Source: Planctomycetota bacterium
GTDB lineage: Bacteria; Planctomycetota; UBA8108; SXIK01
Reading direction: 5' to 3'
Length of the DNA: 64,000 nucleotides
Assembly: GCA_965223845.1 (NCBI GenBank)
Contig: CBDCXR010000004.1
Coordinates: 6,368,001 to 6,432,000, forward strand
The notes beneath the pieces were generated by a model, which was not told where the DNA came from, made no database searches, and was given only the letters and a program-made list of their open reading frames with translations. The position numbers and the translations under genes are program-made. Of the stretch, positions 57,449-64,000 are shown one piece after another (position 1 is the stretch's first letter; each line of letters begins with the position of its first letter).

Positions 57449-59035
57449 ATGACCCGGGAAGAACCCTCGCGGATCGAGCCCGAGCGCCTCCTGCTCGAGA
57501 CGGACTGGTTGCGACGACTAGCGCGCGGACTCGTGGGCGATGAGGCGACAGCCGATGACGTCGTGCAATCGGCCTGGACGGAGTACGTCGAGCGTCCGCC
57601 AGGCCGTGCCGGCGCCGCGATCGCATGGCTCAGTCGAGTCGTACGGAGCACGGCCTACAAATGGCGGCGGACGGAGCGGAGACGATCGCTTCGCGAGCGC
57701 GCGCTCGCCCGCGCCGAGTGCGTCACCGAGACGCCGGAGTCGCTCGCGATGCGTGCAGAGCTCCACCGAGAGCTGACGACTCGGGTCTTGGAGCTGAACG
57801 AGCCGTACCGTTCGGTCGTCCTGCGGCGCTACTACGAGGGTATGCGGCCGGTGGACATCGCGCGTGCTTCGGGCGCCTCCGAGGCGACGGTGCGTTCCCA
57901 GCTCCGCCGTGCACTCGTCCTCCTTCGGGGGGAGTTGTCCGCTCGCCATCGGAACGCGCTCTCGTTCGCCGCGGGATCGGGAGCGGCTCTCGCGAGCACG
58001 TCGGCGTCCGCCGCCGGCGCGTCCGCGACCTCGGCGGCGGCGTTCTCTGCCGTGTTTGGATCATCGCTTACAGGAGCTCTCATCGTGTCGAAGCCAGCTA
58101 CTCTCTTCGTCTGCGCGGCGCTCGCGTGCGCCGGAATCGGTTCCGGGTTGTGGTGGCTGATCGGGAACGAAGCATCCGAGCTCGCGGAGCGCACGCCGGC
58201 ATCCGACGACGAGCTCGCCGCACGCCTCGAGCGCAGCGAGCAGGCTCTCGCTGCCGCTCGGCGGGCGATTCGTCAATCGGATCGAAGAAGTCGCGAGCTC
58301 GCGGTCGAGATCGATCGACTCCGGCGAGCGAACCGCGATCTCGCCGCGCGCACGTCGCAAGCCGCGGTCCCGGCCGGCGGCACGTTGCCCGTCACCGAAC
58401 AAACGGAGGCCGCGGCGGCCTGGCTCCAGTCGATCCGTCCCGGTCAGTTCGGCGACATTACGCCGGAAGAGACTCTCTTTCTCCGTGAGCTCGACCTCTC
58501 CGGCATCGAGTTCGGCGACGCGGAGGTTCAGCACCTCCTCGAGATGCCGTCGCTGATTCGACTGACGGTCGGCGGTGACGGGCTCACCGACGCGGGATTC
58601 GCGGAGCTCGTGCGGCTCGAACGACTCGAGTTCCTCGACGTATCCGGCGCACAAATCACCGGAGTGGGACTGGCGAGTTTGGTGGACTCGTCTCTCGAGT
58701 CGCTCCACCTCAGCCACACGCCGCTCACCGACTCCGCTTTGGTGAATCTTCCCGTGATGCCGTCTCTCGTTCAGATCAAGCTCAACCACACGGAAGTGAC
58801 CGACGTCGGTCTCGCTGAGCTCGCGCGACTTCAGCATCTCGAGCACGTCGAGCTCGACGGAACCACCGTGACGGAGAACGGCCTCGCTCAGCTCCTCGAA
58901 CGGAATCCGTCGATCGTGCGCGTCGAGGCGCGCAGGACGGCCGCGACGTCTGAGAGCGAACGACGCCTCCGGGCGCAATACCCAGAGTGCAAGTTCGTCA
59001 CTGAGTCCGGGGCCCTCCCGGTGTTTCTTCGGTAG
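57449..59035 (+). CDS. ECF sigma-70 factor fused to TM helix, coiled coil and leucine-rich repeats
   Basis: Sigma2 WLRRLARGLVGDEATADDVVQ; sigma4 LNEPYRSVVLRRYYEG..TVRSQLRRA; TM ATLFVCAALACAGIGSGLWWL; LRRs LxxLxLxxTx(V/L)TDxGL. Confidence 0.88.
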   Translation: MTREEPSRIEPERLLLETDWLRRLARGLVGDEATADDVVQSAWTEYVERPPGRAGAAIAWLSRVVRSTAYKWRRTERRRSLRERALARAECVTETPESLAMRAELHRELTTRVLELNEPYRSVVLRRYYEGMRPVDIARASGASEATVRSQLRRALVLLRGELSARHRNALSFAAGSGAALASTSASAAGASATSAAAFSAVFGSSLTGALIVSKPATLFVCAALACAGIGSGLWWLIGNEASELAERTPASDDELAARLERSEQALAAARRAIRQSDRRSRELAVEIDRLRRANRDLAARTSQAAVPAGGTLPVTEQTEAAAAWLQSIRPGQFGDITPEETLFLRELDLSGIEFGDAEVQHLLEMPSLIRLTVGGDGLTDAGFAELVRLERLEFLDVSGAQITGVGLASLVDSSLESLHLSHTPLTDSALVNLPVMPSLVQIKLNHTEVTDVGLAELARLQHLEHVELDGTTVTENGLAQLLERNPSIVRVEARRTAATSESERRLRAQYPECKFVTESGALPVFLR

Positions 59036-60356
59036 AGGGTGCCTGGGGCCGAAACGTCAAACTCACGCGCTTCGCCGGCGCCAAATGGTTCCGGATGGCG
59101 CGGCGTAGGTCGTCCGCCGTGACGGCCTCCACCGCATCGGCGATCTGCGCCCGCAAGTCGCCGTAGCGGAATTCGAGAATCGCCCACTGGACCGCGATGT
59201 TCGCGTGAAACATCGCGTCGGTGAGGTTCGGGGGTTTCGCCTGCAGCGCCTTGCCGACGTCCGCCGGCTGGCGGAGCTTATGGGCGAGCTGAGCCGCGAT
59301 CGGCGGGATGCGCTCGTTCGCCGCCGCCGGAATGCCCGCGGCGAGAATCTCGCCGATGCGCTTTTTGGCGAGTTCGGCCGAGCCACCGGATTTCAGCGAG
59401 GCGCTCACCTGAAAGTATGTGCGTTCTGGTGTGCGGAGATCGAGATCGCAGAGCGTGTGGACAGCGTGCTTCTTGAGCGCGGGATCGGAGTAGAGCCTCG
59501 CCCGGAGAAGAAAGCTCGCGACGTAGAGCGCCGGGTAATCGGGATGGTCGTCCGCCGGCGCCGGATAGGTCTCGATGTAGTGCCTCGCCGGGAGATCCCA
59601 CGTCGCAGCGATCCCGCGTGTCGTACCGAGATCTCGCGTCGCGCGCGGCGGTCCCTCGGCGTTCGACGTCAGCCCCGAGAAGCGCTTCGTAATCGTTCTC
59701 CTCGCGATCTCTGGCGGAACGCTTCCGATCACACAGAGCACTGTTCTCCGAAAGTCGAGGAAGTGTCGATTGCGGTAGTTCTCGACTTCCTGCAGCGCCG
59801 CGGACTCGAGGGCTCCGCGCACCGCGACGTGCGGCGCTCCGTGGCGAACGACTTGATTCCAGGCCGCAGTCGCCCATTTGTGAGTGAATTGATTTTTTAA
59901 CGTGGCGTCGATCTCGGAGAGCGCGTTCGGCACTTCTTCTTCGAAGCTCGCGATCGAAAAGCGCATTCCCGAAAGCCACTTGAACTGCAAATCGAGCGCA
60001 GCCTGCCACTCCACTTGCGGCCCCAGCGCGTCGAGGTGCATCGCGTCGTGAAACGTCTCGCCGTTCCGCCGCCGGTAGTCCGCGACGGGGCCGGTGGTTC
60101 GGATCGTGAGATGCTCGATGAGGTGACTCCACTGCGTCTTCTCGCGCCCGTCGAAGGCGAGGGCGAGCGGAAGTACGGTGAACGCCCCGAAGTCCTTCGC
60201 CTCGGGGACGTGGAGCACGACGACGCGGAGCCCGTTCTTGAGCGTGAATCGAGTGACCGACGGAGGCTTCGCCGACGCGAAGGATCCGAGCGGTGCGATC
60301 GCGAGAACGAGCGCGGCGAACAAGATCGATGGCAAGTGGGCGACGCGAGGTACCAA
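58998..60356 (-). CDS. M16 (insulinase) family zinc peptidase, exported
   Basis: FTLKNGLRVVV, inverted zincin HLIEH, HPDYPALYV, VEAVTADDLRRA. Signal peptide present. TTG60356 follows GAGGAGG (alternative GTG60377). Confidence 0.82.
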   Translation of the reverse strand: MVPRVAHLPSILFAALVLAIAPLGSFASAKPPSVTRFTLKNGLRVVVLHVPEAKDFGAFTVLPLALAFDGREKTQWSHLIEHLTIRTTGPVADYRRRNGETFHDAMHLDALGPQVEWQAALDLQFKWLSGMRFSIASFEEEVPNALSEIDATLKNQFTHKWATAAWNQVVRHGAPHVAVRGALESAALQEVENYRNRHFLDFRRTVLCVIGSVPPEIARRTITKRFSGLTSNAEGPPRATRDLGTTRGIAATWDLPARHYIETYPAPADDHPDYPALYVASFLLRARLYSDPALKKHAVHTLCDLDLRTPERTYFQVSASLKSGGSAELAKKRIGEILAAGIPAAANERIPPIAAQLAHKLRQPADVGKALQAKPPNLTDAMFHANIAVQWAILEFRYGDLRAQIADAVEAVTADDLRRAIRNHLAPAKRVSLTFRPQAPSTEETPGGPRTQ

Positions 60357-60739
60357 GTGATGAGCCTCCTCTCGCACGGGTGTCTGACGTTGAGAACACT
60401 CAGCTTAACACCCGCCCGGAGCGGCCGGCAGTCCGAAGCGCGATCGTGGATTCGCCCGGGAGCATCCGGGAGAATGGCGCCCGGACGCGTCGACCGAACT
60501 CGAACCGAGCGGTCGGCTCGAGAAGAGACGGACCACCAGGGGATCGGAAGGGCGCGCAGGACGTCGAGATGGGCGAAATGACGAAGCGACGGGAGACATC
60601 CGATCGAGACGCGGGACTCGCAACCGGACTCGGCGCCGAAGGCTCGGGAAGGGAGGATCGGCATTCGGCCGCTCCCGGGTCGTTCTTCGCTCTGACCGTC
60701 CCTATCTTTTCCTCCCTTTGTGTCCTTCCGGGACCCTTC

Positions 60740-62320
60740 GTGGTGCATTCCCTCGTTTGCGTTCTAGCCTACGTCTCGATCGCCTGCACCGCACGGACCT
60801 TCGCCCAGGCCGACGCTCGTCCGAACATCCTCTTCGCCATCTCCGACGATCAATCCTGGATGCACGCGAGCGCTTACGGCGACCCGGCCACGAAGACGCC
60901 CGCGTTCGATCGCGTCGCGCGCGAGGGAGTCCTCTTTCGCCACGCCTACGCCGCGGCGCCATCGTGCGCCCCGTCGCGAAGTGCGATCCTCACCGGCCGA
61001 AACATCTGGGAGCTCGAAGAAGGGGGAATCCTCTTCGGCATTCTGAAGGCGAAGTTCACGCTCTTCTCGATCGAGCTCGCGAAATCGGGCTATCAGCTCG
61101 CCGCGACTGGGAAGACGTGGGGGCCGGGACGACTGTCTGGATTTGATCGGAAGGGGAAACCTCCGTCTCCCGACTTCTCTTACGTCGCCTCGACGACGGA
61201 GCGGATTCTCGGCAAGGCGTACAACTCACGCCGCCTCGCCGAGCCTCGCCGCGGCCTCAACCGAAACGACTACGCCGCGAATTTTGCCGACTTCCTCCGC
61301 GCGCGCGACCCGTCGAAGCCGTTCTTCTTCTGGTTCGGCGCAACGGAGCCGCACCAGAATTACGACGTCGACGCGTGGAAGCGGGCCGGGAAGAAGCTCG
61401 AGAACGCTCGACTTCCGGCGTGCCTCCCGGATCATCCGTCGACGCGCGGCGAGATCCTCGACTACGGCCTCGAGATCGAGCACTTCGACGCCCACCTCGG
61501 CCGGATGCTGGCAGAGCTCGAGAATGCCGGCGAGCTCGATCGGACCCTCGTCGTCGTGACGAGCGATCACGGCAATCCTCTCCCTCGTTCGAAGTGCAAC
61601 CTCTACGACTCGGGAACGCGCGTCCCGCTCGCGGCGCGATGGCCGGCGAAGATCCCCGGCGGTCGCACCGTCGACGACTTCGTCAATCTGATCGACCTCG
61701 CCCCGACGTTCCTCGAGGCGGCGGGTGTCGCCGTCCCCGAAGCGATGCGCGGCCGCGCGCTCTGGCCGGTTCTTTCGTCGACGAAAGCCGGACGCATCGA
61801 CCCCGCGCGCGACTTCGTCGTCACGGCGTTCGAGCGCCATATCATCACGCGGCGGAACGGGGTCGGCTATCCGATGCGCGCGATCCGTACGCACCGCTAC
61901 GCGTATATTCGGAACTACGAGCCGGAGCGCTGGCCGGCCGGCGACCCCGATTTCTTCTCGTCTCACCAGCAGTTCTTCGGCGACTGCGACCGGGGCGCGT
62001 CGAAGACGTACATCCTTCAAAACGCCCACGCAAAATCGGTCCAGCCCTACTACCTCCTCGCCTTCGGGCGCCGATCCGCGGAAGAGCTCTACGACATGGA
62101 GAACGACCCCGGCCAGCTCCACAACCTCGCGGCGAGTCCCGCGTTCGCGGAGACGAAGGCGAAGCTCTCCGCGCGTCTCGAGACGCACCTCCGCGAGAGC
62201 GGAGACCCGCGCCAGCGCGGCGAGGCGCCGTGGGACGACTACCCGTTCACCGACGGGCGGATCTTCCGGCGGCCGGACTGGAAGACCCGGGGCGGTGCAG
62301 CTGCGATTCCGGGGAACTGA
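60740..62320 (+). CDS. Formylglycine-dependent sulfatase (N-sulfoglucosamine sulfohydrolase-like)
   Basis: Motifs RPNILFAISDDQ, CAPSRSAILTG, TGKTW, EPH, TSDHG, KCNLYDSG, EELYD..DP. Start uncertain (~60740). Confidence 0.92.
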   Translation: MVHSLVCVLAYVSIACTARTFAQADARPNILFAISDDQSWMHASAYGDPATKTPAFDRVAREGVLFRHAYAAAPSCAPSRSAILTGRNIWELEEGGILFGILKAKFTLFSIELAKSGYQLAATGKTWGPGRLSGFDRKGKPPSPDFSYVASTTERILGKAYNSRRLAEPRRGLNRNDYAANFADFLRARDPSKPFFFWFGATEPHQNYDVDAWKRAGKKLENARLPACLPDHPSTRGEILDYGLEIEHFDAHLGRMLAELENAGELDRTLVVVTSDHGNPLPRSKCNLYDSGTRVPLAARWPAKIPGGRTVDDFVNLIDLAPTFLEAAGVAVPEAMRGRALWPVLSSTKAGRIDPARDFVVTAFERHIITRRNGVGYPMRAIRTHRYAYIRNYEPERWPAGDPDFFSSHQQFFGDCDRGASKTYILQNAHAKSVQPYYLLAFGRRSAEELYDMENDPGQLHNLAASPAFAETKAKLSARLETHLRESGDPRQRGEAPWDDYPFTDGRIFRRPDWKTRGGAAAIPGN

Positions 62321-62679
62321 CCCGGGCCGAACGGCGATCGTCGGGGTTTCTCAGGGCGTTGTTCGAAACGCCGGCAGGCGGGAGCGCCGCGGCGACGGTT
62401 TTCCCGTAGCCGCGAATTCGGCGGCGTGCTCTAACTGTTCTAGCTGTATGTATTCTCCGCCCCTGCCGACGGTTCACGCGCGAGGCGTTCGTGGCCTGAA
62501 ATCGCGGCCCGAGCGGGGAATCCGGCACTAGCGATCGACTACCGCCGGCGTCGAGCGGTCGCTAGCGTGAGGGTCTGGCGTGACTTAGGGCGACACAGCA
62601 AAGACCGAGCGCGCATTCGAGCGGGTTCGGGGTCGAGTCAACGCGCGGAACGCAGGACGCCCAGGAGGCGAGACCGGAA

Positions 62680-64000
62680 GTGAATTCGAACGCCGAACGC
62701 GGCGCGACGGGAATGCGTCGCCCTGCTGTCGTGGGCACGGTTTGTGTGGTCGGGGCCGTCGTCGTCGTCGGCGTCGTGGTCGCCCTGGCGGGCGGGATGG
62801 AGTCCATCCCGAAGGAAGTCGTGCTTCACACCGTGACGCGCGGGCCGCTCGACGTCGTCGACACCGCTCGCGGGAACCTCGAGAGCCAGACGCAGGTGAA
62901 CGTCAACTGCGAAGTCGACGACATCGAGGGCGACAACATCCGCGGGACGCCCATCCTCTGGATCATCGAAAACGGCAGTCAGGTCGAGGAGGGTGAGCTC
63001 ATCGTCGAGCTCGACGTCTCGAGCCACCGCGAGCGTCTCGATCGTCAGATCCTCGACGTTCAGCAGGCGACGGCCGCGCAGGTACAGGCCGACGTCAAGT
63101 ACCAGAATCAGAAGACGCAGAACGAAACGAACCGAGCCGAAGCGAAGCTTCAGGTCGAGCTCGCCGAGCTCGCGCTCAAGCAGTTCGAGGACGAGCACGG
63201 GGGCACGTTCCAAATCGACCTTCAGGACATCGAGCTTCTCATTCAGGAAGCCCAAGCCCAGAAGCTCATCGAGGCCACCAATCTCCAGGGTGTCGAGCAG
63301 CTCTACGATCTCGGCTACCGGAGTCGGGGAGAGCTCGATCAGGCTCGTCTCAGCGCGCTCAAAGCCGAACGCTCACTGGCGTCGGCCGTCGCGAAAAAGA
63401 AAGAGAAGGTCGAGTATCAGTACCGGAAAACGAAGCTCGAGCTGGGCGGTGCGCTCCAGTCGGCAAAGCGAGCGCTCGAGCAGGTCGAGCGCAACAACGA
63501 CGCGGAGCTCGCGCAGGCCGAAGCCGCTCTGCGCGCAGCGAACGATACGCTCAAGAAGGAAGAAGAGCGCCTCGCTCGTTATTCGAAGCAGGTAGAGAAG
63601 GCCAAGATCTACTCTCCGGCGACCGGTATGGTCGCGTACGCAACGCCGCGACACCGGTACGAGAGCGAAATCCGTGAGGGCGCTCACGTCCACCCGCGCC
63701 GCACGATCCTCTCGATCCCGAATTTGACGCGCATGCAAGTGCAGACGTCGATTCACGAGGCGCGACTCGATCAGGTTCGTCCGGGTCTTCCGACCACCGT
63801 TCGCGTCGAAGCGTTCCCCGAGCGCGCCTACCGCGGCGTCGTTCGTTCGGTCGCCGTCCTCCCGGATGCGAGCGAGTGGATGAGCTCGGACACGAAGCAC
63901 TACAAGACGCTCGTCACGATCGAGGAAGACGTCGATCAACTGAAGCCGGGAATGAACGCGGTCGTCGAGATTCACATCGCGCACCTCAAGGACGTGATCA
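62680..64000 (+). CDS. HlyD/RND-type efflux periplasmic adaptor subunit, 3'-truncated by window edge
   Basis: Absent from the ORF track because there is no stop in the window. Translation from GTG62680/ATG62713 gives a TM helix, VTRGPL..RGNLES, ILWIIENGSQVEEGELIVELD, a long coiled coil, KIYSPATGMV and LKPGMNA. Confidence 0.88.
   Translation, partial: MNSNAERGATGMRRPAVVGTVCVVGAVVVVGVVVALAGGMESIPKEVVLHTVTRGPLDVVDTARGNLESQTQVNVNCEVDDIEGDNIRGTPILWIIENGSQVEEGELIVELDVSSHRERLDRQILDVQQATAAQVQADVKYQNQKTQNETNRAEAKLQVELAELALKQFEDEHGGTFQIDLQDIELLIQEAQAQKLIEATNLQGVEQLYDLGYRSRGELDQARLSALKAERSLASAVAKKKEKVEYQYRKTKLELGGALQSAKRALEQVERNNDAELAQAEAALRAANDTLKKEEERLARYSKQVEKAKIYSPATGMVAYATPRHRYESEIREGAHVHPRRTILSIPNLTRMQVQTSIHEARLDQVRPGLPTTVRVEAFPERAYRGVVRSVAVLPDASEWMSSDTKHYKTLVTIEEDVDQLKPGMNAVVEIHIAHLKDVI

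Noticed and set aside
60293-60739. ~150-aa N-terminal extension on the sulfatase
   Set aside because: Low-complexity intergenic read-through that overlaps the peptidase start; the signal-like segment begins at about 60740.
62321-62680. Possible c-di-GMP riboswitch upstream of the HlyD gene (GCAAAG, hairpin CTAGCGATCG..CGGTCGCTAG)
   Set aside because: The GGCAAAC..GAAA..GGGACGCAAAG core of c-di-GMP-I is not present.

Overview
High-GC bacterial window, most likely Planctomycetota. This is inferred from a DUF1501 gene, a Tat-exported DUF1080 gene, a TIGR02999-type ECF sigma factor, a membrane-tethered ECF, a sulfatase and 'RGD-N' dockerin-like C-terminal tags. The first 25 kb is the 3' part of one giant (>8350 aa) surface adhesin. 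It has 20 tandem 327-bp CSPG/cadherin-like repeats and several beta-propeller/LamG modules inserted inside its Ig-like stalk domains. The rest is a mix of metabolic genes (PfkB kinase, Fe-ADH, fumC, solA-like oxidase, sulfatase, macrodomain) and lineage-specific exported proteins. Items that stand out: (i) a solitary 1430-aa exported protein whose C-terminal half resembles a Tc-toxin A subunit and ends in a dockerin-like tag; (ii) a divergent eukaryote-type hexokinase translationally coupled to a macrodomain ADP-ribose hydrolase; (iii) a CMD/AhpD-Rieske fusion; (iv) a nested palindrome with a 297-bp internally deleted IS256 in its loop; (v) a polyglutamine (Q28/Q22) protein; (vi) two adjacent frameshifted genes. 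No rRNA, tRNA or CRISPR array was seen. All family calls come from motif recognition by eye; no searches were run.
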